Under the pieces are notes generated by a model. It had not been told where the DNA came from. It saw only the letters and a list, made by a program, of their open reading frames with translations, and searched no databases. This document shows, in pieces, positions 43,036 through 58,689 of a DNA stretch of 64,000 nt (position 1 is the stretch's first letter; each line of letters begins with the position of its first letter). A program made the position numbers and the translations under genes. This stretch comes from Kofleriaceae bacterium (GTDB taxonomy: Bacteria > Myxococcota_A > Polyangia > Haliangiales > Haliangiaceae): positions 1-64,000 of the forward strand of contig CBDCCZ010000042.1 in the NCBI GenBank assembly GCA_965215005.1. Direction: 5' to 3'.

Positions 43036-44010
43036 CTAGCGAAGGCCTAGGTTGCTGGCAATCCGCTGCTGCGGTTCGTTGGTGTCGGGCGCAAAGGCGC
43101 GTCCGGTGACCTGCTGATAAATCTCGATGTAGCGACGCGCCGCCTCGAGCCGCACCTGGTCAGGAAGCGCCGGCGGCTGCCCTTCGCCGCGGTAGCCGTG
43201 CTCCTCTACCAGCCAGCGGCGCACATACTCTTTGTCGAGGGAGCGCGGATCTTCGCCTTTGCGCATACGCTCCTCGTAGTCGTCTGCGTACCAGTAACGC
43301 GACGAGTCCGGGGTGTGGACCTCATCCATCACCACCAGCTCGCCCTCGGCCGTGAGGCCAAGCTCGTACTTGGTATCGACCAGAATCAAGCCGCGCTCGG
43401 CGGCGCGCCGTTGGCCAAAGGCAAAGAGCGCCTCAGCGATGGCCGCCGCTCGGTCGAAGAGCTCACCGGAGATGACGCCCGACGCAAGGAGCTGCTCGCG
43501 CGAGGCGTTCTCATCATGTTCGCCTTTGACGGCCTTGGTGGTCGGCGTGAGCAGCGGCCGGGGCAAGCGCTGGTGCCGCGTCATTCCCTCGGCAAGCGCG
43601 TGGCCGCAAAATCGCCGCTCTCCGCGCTCATACGCGCGAAGGATGGACGTCGAGCTGGAGCCGGTGAGGTAGGCGCGCATTACGAACTCGACCTGGAGCG
43701 GCTCGAGCTCGCGAACCACCATGACGTTGGGATCGGGGACCTCGAGCACGTGGTTGGGCGCAATTGCGCGGGTCTCTTCGAACCAGTACTGCGCCATCTG
43801 GTTGAGCACCTGGCCCTTGAACGGGATGGATCCGAGCACCCGGTCGAAGGCGCTGAGCCGGTCGGTGACGACGATGGTACGCCGCCCGTTGGCCGTGTAG
43901 TTGTCGCGCACTTTTCCTTCGTACTTGGCGCCCAGCCCGCTGAGCTCGGTGCCATCGAGGGTATGCGCGAGCTGCGCGCGAAGCAGGTCGTCTAGGCGCT
44001 GCGGGTCCAT
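43036..44010 (-). CDS. purC: SAICAR synthetase
   Basis: [41 protein letters not shown]. Confidence 0.96.
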   Translation of the reverse strand: MDPQRLDDLLRAQLAHTLDGTELSGLGAKYEGKVRDNYTANGRRTIVVTDRLSAFDRVLGSIPFKGQVLNQMAQYWFEETRAIAPNHVLEVPDPNVMVVRELEPLQVEFVMRAYLTGSSSTSILRAYERGERRFCGHALAEGMTRHQRLPRPLLTPTTKAVKGEHDENASREQLLASGVISGELFDRAAAIAEALFAFGQRRAAERGLILVDTKYELGLTAEGELVVMDEVHTPDSSRYWYADDYEERMRKGEDPRSLDKEYVRRWLVEEHGYRGEGQPPALPDQVRLEAARRYIEIYQQVTGRAFAPDTNEPQQRIASNLGLR

Positions 44011-44013
44011 GAT

Positions 44014-45327
<1,314 letters not shown>

Positions 45328-45444
45328 GGCCCCCCTTTTACCCAGCGCTGCTGGCGGACACAAGCCCCGCTCCCCGCCGGGAAGCAGGCGACGCGGCACC
45401 AGTGCGCGCTCGCAAGCCTGCAACCCGCTCACGAGCGCGCGCGG

Positions 45445-45546
45445 CTAACGCGAGTACGTAGAGGCAACGCTGCCGGCTTCAGCGCGAGCCCGTCGACCCG
45501 AAGCCGCTGGCGTCAGCGCGAGCCCGTCGACCCGAAGCCGCCGGCG
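45445..45546. repeat. 34-bp tandem duplication of the dut 3' end (one near-perfect and one degenerate extra copy)
   Basis: TCAGCGCGAGCCCGTCGACCCGAAGCCGC(T/C)GGCG at 45479 and 45513; a 22/34-matching copy at 45445. Confidence 0.8.
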
Positions 45547-45956
45547 CCGCGGGTAGTCTCGCTGAGGGTGTCGGTGACGGTGATGAGTGGCGCCGCCACC
45601 GGCGCAATCACCAGCTGCGCGATACGCTCGCCGTGCGAGATGACCACCGGCTCCGAGCCGAGGTTGATCAGCAACACGCAGACCTCACCGCGATAGTCGC
45701 TATCGATGGTACCAGGCGCGTTGAGCACCGTGAGGCCATGGCGAAGCGCCTGTCCCGACCGCGGCCGCACCTGGCCCTCGAACCCCTGCTCGATCGCCAT
45801 CGCGAGCCCGGTTGGCAGCGCCACGCGCGCCCCCGGCGCCAGTGGCACCGGGGCATCGACGCACGCGGCCAGGTCCAGCCCCGCCGCGCCCGCCGTCATC
45901 GCCTGCGGCACGACCGCCTGTGGCCGAAGCCGCTTGATTTGCACCCGGGGCCGCAC
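45513..45956 (-). CDS. dut: dUTP diphosphatase
   Basis: [41 protein letters not shown]. Confidence 0.96.
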   Translation of the reverse strand: MRPRVQIKRLRPQAVVPQAMTAGAAGLDLAACVDAPVPLAPGARVALPTGLAMAIEQGFEGQVRPRSGQALRHGLTVLNAPGTIDSDYRGEVCVLLINLGSEPVVISHGERIAQLVIAPVAAPLITVTDTLSETTRGAGGFGSTGSR

Positions 45957-45983
45957 GCTGTCGATCTATTCGGCCATCAACCG

Positions 45984-48107
<2,124 letters not shown>

Positions 48108-48241
48108 AGCAACCTTTCTTCGGCTGGTTCTTCGTACGCTGCCTGGCGCCGCGGCCTGGTCCCTCGACCCTAGTCACGCCTCAGCGTGAGCACGGCAGAA
48201 GAATCAAACACGCGCTCACCAAATCAGCGCCGATTCATAAG

Positions 48242-48272
48242 AAAAGAGCCGGCCACAGAAGGACCGGCTCTT
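48242..48272 (-). terminator. Intrinsic terminator after rpsO
   Basis: Minus strand AAGAGCCGG-TCCTTCTGTGG-CCGGCTCTTTT: 9-bp stem followed by a short T run. Confidence 0.7.
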
Positions 48273-48280
48273 AGTTGGTG

Positions 48281-48550
48281 CTACTTGCGCAGACCGATCG
48301 AGTTGATGAGGTTCTGATAGCGATCGAAGTCTTTCTTCTTGACGTAGTCGAGCAAGCGGCGACGCTTGCCGACCATCTTCAAAAGACCGCGACGGCTATG
48401 ATGGTCCTTGTGGTGAACCTTGAGGTGCTCCGTGAGGTGCGCGATACGCTCGGAGAGCAGCGCTACTTGAACCTCGGGCGACCCAGTGTCTCCCTCATGC
48501 TTCTTGTATTGATTGATCGTCTCGATCTTGCGTGCAGGCGAAACAGGCAT
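48281..48550 (-). CDS. rpsO: 30S ribosomal protein S15
   Basis: [42 protein letters not shown]. Confidence 0.98.
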   Translation of the reverse strand: MPVSPARKIETINQYKKHEGDTGSPEVQVALLSERIAHLTEHLKVHHKDHHSRRGLLKMVGKRRRLLDYVKKKDFDRYQNLINSIGLRK

Positions 48551-48645
48551 GGTGCCTCCTCTGGCATCACCGAGCCGAAGCCCCAGTGACCCATGTACAA
48601 AAACGTCTCTGTGAAATCCCGTGGTTTCGGGCCGCAGAGTGTGGA

Positions 48646-49557
48646 CTATCCACCCCCGTCCGTCAAGCCGTAGGTGAACACGCGAAGATAGTGGAAGCGG
48701 CCGTCCTCGACCTGCACCAGCGCGAGCAGCGCGCCAGTTGGCGTGAGCACCCGGACCACCTCCGCGGCCGCCGGGATCGCCGTCGCGGGCAACACGTCGC
48801 GCCATTGCCGCGGCTGGCCAGCAGCGATGGCGGCAATCCACTCGACTCCGACGGTCACCGCCGGCAACGCAGCGAGTGCATTGGCCGGCGAAATGAGACG
48901 AGCACGGGCCTGCTCCGGCCCGACCTCGGCAAGCGCGATGGCATCGGCCAACGCAAAGGCTCCGGAGCGCAGACGCCGCAAGGCCGTGAGGTGCGCACCG
49001 CAGCCGAGCGCCGCGCCAATATCGGCGACCAAGCTGCGCACGTAGGTCCCCTTGGTGCACTCGATGTCGAGTCTTGCCCGCGGCGCTCGAAACTCCACCA
49101 GCTCGAGGCGGGTGATCTCGACCGCCCGCGGCTCACGCTCGACCGTCTGCCCGGCCCGAGCGAGCTGATGCAAGCGTTTGCCACGGCGTTTGACCGCCGA
49201 GAACATCGGCGGCACCTGTTGAATCGGCCCACGAAATTGCTCGAGCACCGCCGCCAGCGCGGCCTCGTCGACGCGCTGCGCGCGCGCCGCATCGCCGCCC
49301 ACGACCGTGCCTTCGGCATCAAGTGTGTCGGTCTCGACGCCCAGCTCGAGCTCGGCGAGATAGCGCTTATCGCTCGCCAGCAGATACCCCGCCACCTTGG
49401 TGCCCTCGCCGATGCACACCGGCAAGACGCCCGTGGCCATGGGGTCGAGCGTTCCGGTGTGGCCCACCCGACGCGCCCCGAGCACCTCCTTGACGCGCGC
49501 AACCACCGCAGCCGAGGTCATCTGCGCTGGCTTATCGACAATCAAGACGCCGTTCAC
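48646..49557 (-). CDS. truB: tRNA pseudouridine(55) synthase
   Basis: [41 protein letters not shown]. Confidence 0.96.
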   Translation of the reverse strand: MNGVLIVDKPAQMTSAAVVARVKEVLGARRVGHTGTLDPMATGVLPVCIGEGTKVAGYLLASDKRYLAELELGVETDTLDAEGTVVGGDAARAQRVDEAALAAVLEQFRGPIQQVPPMFSAVKRRGKRLHQLARAGQTVEREPRAVEITRLELVEFRAPRARLDIECTKGTYVRSLVADIGAALGCGAHLTALRRLRSGAFALADAIALAEVGPEQARARLISPANALAALPAVTVGVEWIAAIAAGQPRQWRDVLPATAIPAAAEVVRVLTPTGALLALVQVEDGRFHYLRVFTYGLTDGGG

Positions 49558-49621
49558 GGGGCATGTCTAGCAGATCGCCGTCCGGGGCACATGCCCCCAG
49601 CGATTGCTGCGTTTCTACGGT

Positions 49622-50668
49622 TTACGTCGTTGCGCCGCTATCGGTAGACGCAGTGGCCGTGGCGAGCGCGGCTTCCACGAGGTCGCACACAATCGTGCGA
49701 GCCGCGTCGATGGGGGCAGGCACGATCGCACCGGCCGCACCGCGATGTCCACCGCCGCCCAGCGTGCTGCAGATGGCGCCGACATCGATGAGATGGCCCT
49801 TACAACGCATCGAGACCCGGGTCCCGGCGCCACCTTTTGCCGGCGTTAGCAGCACCGCGACCTCCACGCCGTCGATGGCGCGGCCGTAGTTGATGAGCCC
49901 TTCGCTGTCGTCCCAAGACGCACCGCAGCGCTTGAGCATCTCGGCGGTGATGACCATCAGCGAGCCGCGGTTTTGCGCAAACAGCGTCAGCTCAGCGAGC
50001 ACCCCAGAAAGCAGCCGCAGCCGCGACAGCGGCGTGCGCTCGTTCATCTGCTCGGTGACCTGCCAGGGGTCGAGCCCGCCGGCGACCAGCTCGGCGGCCA
50101 TGGCGAACGCCTCCGCGTTGGTGTTGGCGTAGCGAAACCAGCCGGTGTCGCTGGCCACGGAGACATACAGCCCGAGCGCGGCGTCGGCGCCGATGGTCCA
50201 GCCAAGGCAGCGGGCGATACGATAGATCAACACGCCCACCGAGGCGGCTGTCGGGTCGCAGAAGTAGTGCTCACCGAACGGCCGAACGCTCGCATGATGG
50301 TCGAGCACCACGCGCGCACCGGTAATCTCGCAACCGGGAAGGGAGCCGCCCAAAAGCTTCTCGTCGCCGCAATCGAGCACCACGGTGAGTTGATAGCGCG
50401 AGGCTGGATTGAGCCGATGCACCAGCGTCTCCAGGTGTGGCAGCCACTTGAGGTGCCGCGGAATCAAATCCGGGCTGTAGAGCGTGGCCGCCTTGCCGCG
50501 GGCGCGCAGCAGCGCAGCCAGTGCGACCATAGAGCCAACCGCGTCGCCATCGGGCCCGCGATGACAGGTGATCAGCAGCTTCTCCGCGCCATCGAGCGCC
50601 GCAGCCACGGACTCGATGGTCTCAGCGGCCGTGGCGACGGCCGGCTGCTCTTCAGCGCTCGACATCAA
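49622..50668 (-). CDS. nrnA: DHH-DHHA1 nanoRNase/pAp phosphatase
   Basis: HRGPDGDA, LDHH, SDTGWFRY, GGGGH; between rbfA and truB. Confidence 0.9.
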   Translation of the reverse strand: MMSSAEEQPAVATAAETIESVAAALDGAEKLLITCHRGPDGDAVGSMVALAALLRARGKAATLYSPDLIPRHLKWLPHLETLVHRLNPASRYQLTVVLDCGDEKLLGGSLPGCEITGARVVLDHHASVRPFGEHYFCDPTAASVGVLIYRIARCLGWTIGADAALGLYVSVASDTGWFRYANTNAEAFAMAAELVAGGLDPWQVTEQMNERTPLSRLRLLSGVLAELTLFAQNRGSLMVITAEMLKRCGASWDDSEGLINYGRAIDGVEVAVLLTPAKGGAGTRVSMRCKGHLIDVGAICSTLGGGGHRGAAGAIVPAPIDAARTIVCDLVEAALATATASTDSGATT

Positions 50669-51096
50669 TCGCTAGTATCGGGAGAGGAATCCGTGGGCGC
50701 CGGTTCCACCGCAGATGGTGGCTCGGTGGCAACGTGGCGGACCTGATCGTCGTGCGCAATGGCGGCGATTCGTTCCTGCAGCTCGAGGGTGTCGTCGCGC
50801 AGAAATCGTAGCTCTGGTGGCCGCTTTAGGTGCAGTCGACGTCCTACGGGCCCGCGAAGATATCCAGCCGCCGCAACCAGGCCGGTCATCGCGTCGTCCA
50901 CCGCCGCGTCGTCGGCGAGGGGAAACGAGACGGCGATGCGTGCCACGCTCATGTCGGCATTCAGATCGACGTGGTTGATGCTGAACAGACCCGCTGCGCG
51001 AACCCGCGGATCTTTGACCTCACGTTCGATGAGCTCCGAGAGCGCCGCGCGCAGCGCCTGCGCCACGCGACCGCGGCGAGGACTGCTGCTGCTCAT
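50665..51096 (-). CDS. rbfA: Ribosome-binding factor A
   Basis: EVKDPR, DMSVARI, GYLR, PELRFLRD. Confidence 0.93.
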   Translation of the reverse strand: MSSSSPRRGRVAQALRAALSELIEREVKDPRVRAAGLFSINHVDLNADMSVARIAVSFPLADDAAVDDAMTGLVAAAGYLRGPVGRRLHLKRPPELRFLRDDTLELQERIAAIAHDDQVRHVATEPPSAVEPAPTDSSPDTSD

Positions 51097-51473
51097 GCCT
51101 TGCCTCCATCGTCTTCTCGCCAAGCAGCGGGAATCCAATCAGCGTCTGGGTCGTGCTCGGACGGCGCCGCGCCCATGCTGGCCTCGCCGTAGACCAGCGT
51201 CTCTCGCTCCTGCCCCACCATCTCAGCCATCCCGGTGTCTTCGACGAACCGCACGATCTTGGCTACCACTGCCTCCACGCGCACTTTCTGCGCGTCGACA
51301 ACGGCAAAGCCGAGGGTGACGCGCTGCCACGCATCCTGCGTCCCCACCTCCCGCATATCGAGATGGAAGCGCTGCCGCACGCGATCTTTGAGCGAGCGCA
51401 CCACCGCGCGCTTTTCCTTGAGCGAGTGACTGTACGTAACGTGCAACGTCAACCTGCAGACGCCAACGACCAC
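51093..51473 (-). CDS. DUF503 / YlxP family protein
   Basis: SHSLKEKRAVVRSLKDRVRQRF, EVGTQDAWQR; between infB and rbfA. Confidence 0.9.
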   Translation of the reverse strand: MVVGVCRLTLHVTYSHSLKEKRAVVRSLKDRVRQRFHLDMREVGTQDAWQRVTLGFAVVDAQKVRVEAVVAKIVRFVEDTGMAEMVGQERETLVYGEASMGAAPSEHDPDADWIPAAWREDDGGKA

Positions 51474-51721
51474 GACGCCAGGATAGATCGATTCCCTGGC
51501 TTCACCAGCCCCGGCGCAACTAGAGACTGCATTTGCTCCTCGCCATCACGAGCGACTTCTGGACGCCGTGGAGGAGCAATTTCTTCTTGAGGCCCGAACC
51601 GTTCATCCTTCGCTCATCGCGACACCTCGCGCGGCGACGGGGAGCGCCGTGCACGAAGAGAGATGCCACGTCTGCAGAGTCAGGGATATCCCTGCTGCGA
51701 ACTGCTCACCACCAAGGCTAT

Positions 51722-51975
51722 GTGGAGCCGCAGGTAGGCGCTGATGATTTGCGCTTCCCTGCAGGTTCCCTGGTTTTGGCGCAGTGCTGGAGCACGAGGA
51801 ACCCCTCAGTCCAGACGAGCCGCTTCCTCGACGATTTCGTAGGCCTTGGTGGAGCCGCAGGTAGGCGCTGATGATTTGCGCTTCCCTGCAGGTTCCCTGG
51901 TTTTGGCGGAGTGCTGGAGCACGAGGAACCCCTCAGTCCAGACGAGCCGCTTCCTCGACGATTTCGTAAGCCTCG
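51722..51975. repeat. 127-bp tandem duplication covering the infB 3' end and downstream DNA
   Basis: Units 51722-51848 and 51849-51975 differ at 3 positions; both encode [12 protein letters not shown] on the minus strand. Confidence 0.95.
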
Positions 51976-54869
51976 ATGATGTCGCCGACTCTGATGTCGT
52001 TGAAGTTGTCGACCATGATGCCGCACTCGTAGCCCTGCGCGACCTCGGAGACATCTTCCTTGAAGCGCCGCAAGCTGCCGACGCGTCCCTCCCAAACTTG
52101 CACCGCCTCGCGCACCACCCGGATGAGCGACTTGCGTTGGATTTTGCCGTCGGTGACCATGACACCGGCGACCGTGCCTTGCTTGGGAATGCCGAAGGTC
52201 TCGCGCACTTCCGCTTGGCCCAGTGGCACCTCGCGCTTGATAGGCGCGAGCAGCCCGGCCATCGCGGAACGAACATCGTCGATGGCGTCGTAAATCACGT
52301 CATAGAGCATGATCTCGACCCCTTCTTGCTCGGCGAGCTTGGCCGACTTTCCAGCCGGTCGCACGTGGAAGCCGATGATGATGGCGCCGCCGGCCTTGGC
52401 CAAGTTGACGTCAGTCTCGGTGATCCCGCCGACGCCCGCTTGGATGACGTTGACCTTGACCTTGTCGGTGGACTGCTTGATGAGCGCCGCCTTGACCGCC
52501 TCGGCCGAGCCTTGAACGTCGGTCTTGAGAACCACCTTGAGCTCTTTGGCACCCTCTTGGATCCGCTCCATGAGGTTCTCGAGCGACACCTTACCCGTGG
52601 AGGCGAGCTCCTTCTTGCGACGCGCCTGGCGGCGATACTCGACCACTTGCTTGGCGGTCTTCTCGTCGTCGGCGACGTTGAGGGTCTCGCCAGCCTCGGG
52701 AACACCGTCCAGACCGAGCAGCTCGACCGGCGTGCTGGGGCCAACCTCTTTGATCGGCCGCCCGGTTTGGTCGAGCATTGCTCGAACCTTGCCGTAGAAT
52801 TGGCCGGCAACCACCACGTCGCTGGCGCGCAACGTGCCTTCTTGAATCAACACGGTAGCCATGGGTCCCCGTGCGCGGTCGAGCTTGGCCTCGATAACGA
52901 TGCCCTGGGCCGACTTGTTGGGGTTTGCCCGAAGCTCCATCACCTCCGCCTGAACCGCTAGCGACTCGAGGAGCTTGTCGACGTTCTCGCCGGTGTGTGC
53001 CGAGACATCGACATAGATCGTGTCACCGCCCCACTCCTCCGCGATGAGCCCGTGATCCGCCAGCTGCTGCCGGCACCGATCAGGCTGTGCATCGGGAAGA
53101 TCGATCTTGTTGACCGCCACCAAGATCGGCACCTTGGCGTCCTTGGCGTGGTTGAGCGCCTCAATCGTCTGCGGCATCACGCCATCGTTGGCGGCAACCA
53201 CCAACACCACGATGTCGGTCGCCTGGGCGCCGCGAGCGCGCATGGCGGTGAAGGCCTCGTGACCCGGCGTGTCGAGGAACACGATGTCGCCGTGCCCTCC
53301 GCCCGCGGGAATCTTGTAGGCAGCGACGTGTTGGGTGATGCCACCCGCCTCGCCCGCCGCCACACGCGCGGTACGAATATAATCGAGCAGCGACGTCTTA
53401 CCGTGATCGACATGGCCCATGATGGTGACCACCGGCGAACGCATCTGAAGATCTTCGGGCGAGTCCAACTCGCTCACGAACACCTCTGCCTCCTTGAAGG
53501 CGACGTTCTGTACCTCGTAGCCAAACTCACCGGCTAGGAGCTGCGCGGTGTCGTGATCGATGGAGGCGTTGATGTTCACGCCCACCATTCCCATGCCCCA
53601 CAGCTTCTTGAGCACCTCTTGCGCTTTGACACCCATGCCGCGCGCCAGCTCGGGAATCGCCATGGTGTCCTCCATGCGGATGACCCTCTTGTGCTCCGCC
53701 GGCGTGGTGATCTGGGTCTGCTTGCCCTTGCCCTTTTGAAAGGTCTTCTTGCGGCCGAAATCACGGCCTTTACGCCCGCCGGGACCGCCACGGCCCCGTG
53801 TCTGCTGGGCAAATCGGCCACGAATCTGGCCTTGACCCGGCGTTTGCCGCGGCGTCGGCGCCCGCTCCGTAATCTTGATGCGCTGATGCGGCAAGCTGAT
53901 GATCGAGCCCACCGCGGGCCGACCCGGCTCGCGAGCCTCGGCAACTTCTGGTTTCTCCGCCTCCTGCTTGCCGCGCTCCTCGGCTTCGCGCTCCGCAACC
54001 CGGGCCCGAGCGCGAGACAACTCGGCCTCGAAGCGAGAGCGGGCAGCGTCGGTGACCTCTTCCATGGTCTGCGGACCCTGAACGCGCACCGGCACGGCGG
54101 GCACCTCTTGACGGCGCGGGCCGCCGCTCTTTGGCTGCGGCTGCGCCGACGGTGGCCGCGGTTGTGCCTTTGCCGTTTCTTGCTTGACCACCGGACGCTC
54201 GACGGGCTTCTTGCCGGGGATCTGGACCACTGCTGGTCCAGCGACGAACACCGGCGTGCGCGGAGCTGCCGCTGAAGCGGGCTCGGAGGGCGCAGGAGAC
54301 GGGGCCGTCGCTGGGGGGTCCGATGAGGCCGCCTGATTGCGCTCGACCGGCGCATGGCCGTTGCCGCTGGAGGCCTGTGATGCCTCAGCACGGGACGTGA
54401 CTGGCTCGGCGGGCGGTGCCGCGGCGGCCGCCGCGCGCGGAGCATCCGCTTCTGGACGCGATGCGGCCGTCTGCTCCCGCGGCGTCTGGACGCTCGGCGC
54501 TGGCCTTGCTCGCTCCGGCGCCGGCTCTTCACGCCGTCGCACCGGCGCCTCGGGCGCCGCCGTCGCTCGCGTCGGTTCTCGCGGTGGCGACTGCGTCGTC
54601 TCCGCAGGCCGTCGCCTGACCACGGGCTCATCGCCGCCGCCCTTGCTGCGCCGTCGCAACACGGTGGACGAAAGCCGTTTGGTCTCGGTCTTGTCCAGAC
54701 GCTCTTTTTCGAGTGAACGCTTCACTCGCACGACGTCGTCAGCATCTAACGATGACATGTGGTTATTGACCTCGAGACCGAGGGCCCGAATCTTGGCGAT
54801 GAGCTCCTTGTTGGGAACTCCTATCTCACGGGCAATCTCGTAGACGCGCATCTTCGCTCCGCTGCTCAT
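51933..54869 (-). CDS. infB: Translation initiation factor IF-2
   Basis: [10 protein letters not shown]-terminus, [27 protein letters not shown]. Confidence 0.98.
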   Translation of the reverse strand: MSSGAKMRVYEIAREIGVPNKELIAKIRALGLEVNNHMSSLDADDVVRVKRSLEKERLDKTETKRLSSTVLRRRSKGGGDEPVVRRRPAETTQSPPREPTRATAAPEAPVRRREEPAPERARPAPSVQTPREQTAASRPEADAPRAAAAAAPPAEPVTSRAEASQASSGNGHAPVERNQAASSDPPATAPSPAPSEPASAAAPRTPVFVAGPAVVQIPGKKPVERPVVKQETAKAQPRPPSAQPQPKSGGPRRQEVPAVPVRVQGPQTMEEVTDAARSRFEAELSRARARVAEREAEERGKQEAEKPEVAEAREPGRPAVGSIISLPHQRIKITERAPTPRQTPGQGQIRGRFAQQTRGRGGPGGRKGRDFGRKKTFQKGKGKQTQITTPAEHKRVIRMEDTMAIPELARGMGVKAQEVLKKLWGMGMVGVNINASIDHDTAQLLAGEFGYEVQNVAFKEAEVFVSELDSPEDLQMRSPVVTIMGHVDHGKTSLLDYIRTARVAAGEAGGITQHVAAYKIPAGGGHGDIVFLDTPGHEAFTAMRARGAQATDIVVLVVAANDGVMPQTIEALNHAKDAKVPILVAVNKIDLPDAQPDRCRQQLADHGLIAEEWGGDTIYVDVSAHTGENVDKLLESLAVQAEVMELRANPNKSAQGIVIEAKLDRARGPMATVLIQEGTLRASDVVVAGQFYGKVRAMLDQTGRPIKEVGPSTPVELLGLDGVPEAGETLNVADDEKTAKQVVEYRRQARRKKELASTGKVSLENLMERIQEGAKELKVVLKTDVQGSAEAVKAALIKQSTDKVKVNVIQAGVGGITETDVNLAKAGGAIIIGFHVRPAGKSAKLAEQEGVEIMLYDVIYDAIDDVRSAMAGLLAPIKREVPLGQAEVRETFGIPKQGTVAGVMVTDGKIQRKSLIRVVREAVQVWEGRVGSLRRFKEDVSEVAQGYECGIMVDNFNDIRVGDIIEAYEIVEEAARLD

Positions 54870-55213
54870 CGTTGACTCGAACGTCCCTCTCGCTGGTTGA
54901 GAACAAGCTGCTTGAGACCTGCGACGTCCTTCTCCGGGATAGCGGCTCGCAGCGCGCGAGCCAGCCCACCGCGCTGTAAGGCGCGATCGACGCAGGTCTC
55001 TTCGGTGCACACGTAAGCGCCGCGGCCCGGCCTTCGACGGGCCGGGTCTGCAACCACGTGCCCTCGCGATACCACGACGCGTAACAGCGCTTGTTGGCGC
55101 CGCCGCGTGCGACAGCCGACGCAGGTGCGAATCGGCTGGTGGTCCGTGGGCGTAGGGGTGGCGGAAACATGGGGCTGCTCAGTGGCTAGTCTGCCGGGTT
55201 CGATGGTTCTCAA
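54866..55213 (-). CDS. ylxR: YlxR (DUF448) RNA-binding protein
   Basis: [17 protein letters not shown]; between nusA and infB. Start uncertain. Confidence 0.9.
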   Translation of the reverse strand: MRTIEPGRLATEQPHVSATPTPTDHQPIRTCVGCRTRRRQQALLRVVVSRGHVVADPARRRPGRGAYVCTEETCVDRALQRGGLARALRAAIPEKDVAGLKQLVLNQREGRSSQR

Positions 55214-55246
55214 CGCTTCCTTATCAGCTAAATTGGTCGCTCACGG

Positions 55247-56896
55247 CTAGGCGTCGTAAGCCTCGCTGGCCTGCGCCTCGCTGCCGAGACGTTCCTCGAT
55301 CTCGTGGGTCATGGGCTCTGGTGCCTCGGGGCTTTTTTCGCCCAGCCAAACCTGGGCCCAATGCTGCAATTTGGCAAGCTCGTCGGCGGGGATGTTGCTA
55401 CTCGTCGCGAGCTCGTGCAGCTCGCGACTGCGTGCCAACTCCTCCACGGAGCCGCAGCCGGCGTCAAGAAGCCGGGAAACATGCTCTTGACTCACGCCGC
55501 GAACCTCTAGGAGCTTCTCTTCCGCGGTCAGGGCGGCACGGCGCTCGTTCTCTCGCCGCGTCGCCTCGTGGCGCTTCTTCTCCTCGGCGAGATAGCGGCG
55601 CGCTCCTTCGACGATGCGCGCGCCACCCTCGGCGCCACCGGCGCCAGGCACCGCGCCGACCTCTTCGGCCGACGCTCGCGAAATTTCGGCAACCGACCGC
55701 CAGCCCAAGCGAAACAAGGTCTCCGCCAGCTCGCCGCCGATCTCGTCCACAGAGCCGATTTGACTCTTGGCGCGCCGCTCGAGCTCCTGAATCTTGGACT
55801 CGGAATGTATGTCGATTCGCCAGCCACTCAGCTGCGAGGCCAATCGGACGTTCTGGCCTTTTTTGCCGATGGCGAGCGAGAGCTTGTCGTCGGGAACGAT
55901 GAGCTCCATACGATGGCCCTCCGCGTCGATGATGACGCGAGAGACCTCCGCGGGTGCGATCGCGTTGCACACGAACCGCGCCGGGTCATCGTCGTACGGG
56001 ACGATGTCGATCTTTTCCCCGCGCAGCTCTTGCACCACCGCTTGCACGCGCGAGCCCTTCATGCCCACGCAGGCGCCGACTGGGTCGACGTCGCGGTCAC
56101 GAGACGAGACGGCGATCTTGGCGCGCGCCCCCGGCTCACGTGCCGACGATTCGATACGGACGATCTTTTCGTAGATCTCCGGCACTTCCTGCTCGAACAA
56201 CTTCTCGAGCAGGCCTTTGTGCCCGCGCGATAAAATGATTTGTGGGCCGCGTGCGTTGCGGTCGATGTCGAGAACGTAGGCTTTGATGCTGTCGCCGGAT
56301 CGATACGACTCACGCGGCACCTGCTCACGAGTGGGCAGAATGGCCTCGGCACGCCCCAGATCGACGACGAGGTTGCCGCGCTCGAAGCGGCGAACGATGC
56401 CGGTGATCAGCTCGCCCTTGCGATCCTTGTACTCGTTGAAGACGTTGTCGCGCTCGGCCTCACGCACCCGGCTGATAGATCACCTGTTTGGCGGTTTGCG
56501 CGGCGATCCGGCCAAAGTAGCGATGCGCGTTCTTGAGGTCGATCATGTCGCCGAACTTCTCATCCTGCTCGGCCGCGCGTTCGGCATCTTCGCCACGATA
56601 GAAGATCTGGAAGAGCAGCTCGTCGCCGAGCTCGGCTTCGAGCCCGTGCTCATTAGCCTGCGCAAGAGTGATTTTCGCGCCCCTCCTCGGGATCATCTTC
56701 GACGACGTTGACGATCAAGAACAGGTCGACGCCGCCGGTCTCTTCGTTTGTACTGCGCCTCCATCTCACGGAACGTTCCGAAGGTCTTCTTCGCCGCCGT
56801 GAGAATGGCTTGCTCCAACGCCTGGACGAGAACCTTGCGCTCGATATTTTTGTCTCGACCAACTTGGTCGAGGACCATGTTCAGATTGGGCTCCAT
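55247..56896 (-). CDS. nusA: Transcription factor NusA, about three frameshifts (~56470, ~56673, ~56748)
   Basis: [50 protein letters not shown] across four frames. Confidence 0.95.
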
Positions 56897-56963
56897 GTCG
56901 CTAAGCCCTCTTTCCAGCCTTCCCGTTCGCGATGCCGTGCGGATACTGGATCAGACCAAGGTT

Positions 56964-57455
56964 TCACAGCAATGCCTCCCAGTCGGGAACGAGCTTTGCC
57001 GTGACGATGTCGTCGAGGGGAAGCTGGTAACGCTTGTCATCGACGACCATGGTGAGAACACCTTGATCGATCTCTTCGAGACGGCCGCGGAAGTTGCGGC
57101 GCCCATCGACTCCCTCATGCAGCGACACCCGCGCCTCTTTGCCGCAATACTGGCGAAAGTGCTCTTCCGTGCGCAGCGGTCGGTCGATGCCAGGACTTGA
57201 AACCTCCAGGCTATATGCCTGGGAAATGGGATCAGCCACGTCGAGGACAGCCGAGAGCTCGCGACTGACCCGTTCGCAGTCTTCATGGGTGATGCCGCGC
57301 TCCGGCGGCGCGCCGGGAAGTAGATCGACGAACACTCGAAGCACCCAGCCGCCGGGCTCTCGTTTAAAGCGCAGATCGACCAGCTCGTAGCCGCCGCCTT
57401 CGCAGACGGGGCTACAGATCTCGAGGAGCTTGCTGGTCGTGTCGTCGGTATGCAT
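56964..57455 (-). CDS. rimP: Ribosome maturation factor
   Basis: [27 protein letters not shown]. Confidence 0.95.
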   Translation of the reverse strand: MHTDDTTSKLLEICSPVCEGGGYELVDLRFKREPGGWVLRVFVDLLPGAPPERGITHEDCERVSRELSAVLDVADPISQAYSLEVSSPGIDRPLRTEEHFRQYCGKEARVSLHEGVDGRRNFRGRLEEIDQGVLTMVVDDKRYQLPLDDIVTAKLVPDWEALL

Positions 57456-57462
57456 CCCTATA

Positions 57463-57492
57463 AAACAAAAGGCGGGCAAGGTGCCCACCTTT
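57463..57492 (-). promoter_or_regulatory. Hairpin with T-tail in the rimP leader (attenuator-like)
   Basis: Minus strand AAGGTGGGCA-CCT-TGCCCGCCTT followed by TTGTTTT, immediately before the start. Confidence 0.55.
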
Positions 57493-57668
57493 CCGCGGAG
57501 AGCCAAATGTGGAGCAATCGGTACCATCGCCTGGCGTGAGTGGCAAGAGGAAATTCAACACCTTCGACGACTGCTCCCGATCTCCCCTGCCCTCCTCGAC
57601 GACGCGGTGATTTGGTGGTGCGAAAGGGACTCGCCCGAAGCGCTGGTTTCGGTTAAGCCGAGTCCCTG

Positions 57669-58556
57669 ATGGCGCACCAATCATTCATCGCCGCGGCCGG
57701 CCAGTTATGCTCCACCGACGACGTCGCGCGCAACCTCCAGACCTGCCGAAGGCTGGCAGCAAGCGCGGCCGAACGCGGCGCGGCGCTGCTGGTGCTGCCC
57801 GAGTGCTTTGCGTTTCTGGGCCGCCGCGAGCGCGACAAGATGGCCGTGGCCGAGCGGCTCGAGGGCGAGCCCGGCCCGATCTTGGCGACGCTCATGGAGC
57901 TGGCGCGAAACCACCAGATATGGCTACTCGGCGGCGGAATGGCCGAGCGCCTCGGCGACGACGAGCCCGGCGCGGCGACCTCGGCGTTCAACACCGCGGT
58001 TTTGATTTCGCCAACCGGTGCGCTGGTGACGCGATACCGCAAGCTGCACCTCTTCGACGTCGACATCCCGGGCGGCGCGACGTTGCGCGAGAGCGACAAC
58101 ACGATGGGCGGTGACGCCGTGGCAACGGTGGCCGACACACCGCTCGCCCGCCTCGGCCTATCGATCTGTTACGACTTGCGGTTCCCGGAGTTGTACCGGC
58201 AGATGGTGGTGCGCCAGCGCGCGCAGGTGCTCACGATCCCCGCGGCGTTCACCGCGCACACCGGCGCGGCGCACTGGCACACCCTTCTCCGTGCCCGAGC
58301 GATCGAGAATCAGGCGTACGTGATCGCAGCGGCGCAATACGGTCATCACAACGACAAGCGCCACTCCTACGGCCACAGCCTAATCATCGATCCATGGGGC
58401 GAAATCGTCGCCGAGGTCGCCGGCGACGAAGATGGCCTGGCCGTGGCAACGATTGATCTGCAGCGCGTTGCGAAGACTCGCCAGCAAATGCCGTGCCTCG
58501 AGCACCAGCGCCCTGGTGCCGTGACGACGTTTGCCAGCAATTATCGCGTTGACTGA
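57669..58556 (+). CDS. Carbon-nitrogen hydrolase (Nit1/YbeM-like deaminated glutathione amidase)
   Basis: Catalytic triad motifs LPE, YRKLHLFDV, ICYDLRFPE; TGAAHW, RARAIENQ, YGHS. Confidence 0.92.
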   Translation: MAHQSFIAAAGQLCSTDDVARNLQTCRRLAASAAERGAALLVLPECFAFLGRRERDKMAVAERLEGEPGPILATLMELARNHQIWLLGGGMAERLGDDEPGAATSAFNTAVLISPTGALVTRYRKLHLFDVDIPGGATLRESDNTMGGDAVATVADTPLARLGLSICYDLRFPELYRQMVVRQRAQVLTIPAAFTAHTGAAHWHTLLRARAIENQAYVIAAAQYGHHNDKRHSYGHSLIIDPWGEIVAEVAGDEDGLAVATIDLQRVAKTRQQMPCLEHQRPGAVTTFASNYRVD

Positions 58557-58689
58557 GTCAGCGTTCGGCGCGCGCGGGAGCAGCGCCGACGCGGTTGGCA
58601 ACCGGGATTTCGGCTACAGCTGCAATACCGCACGACCCACGCGGCGGCGGCCTTTCTTTCCGTCGGCACGCGCGCGTTACACAGCTGCC

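Noticed and set aside
48551..49060. Long N-terminal extension of S15 in the ORF track
   Set aside because: Overlaps truB; the true start is ATG 48550 with an AGGAGG RBS.
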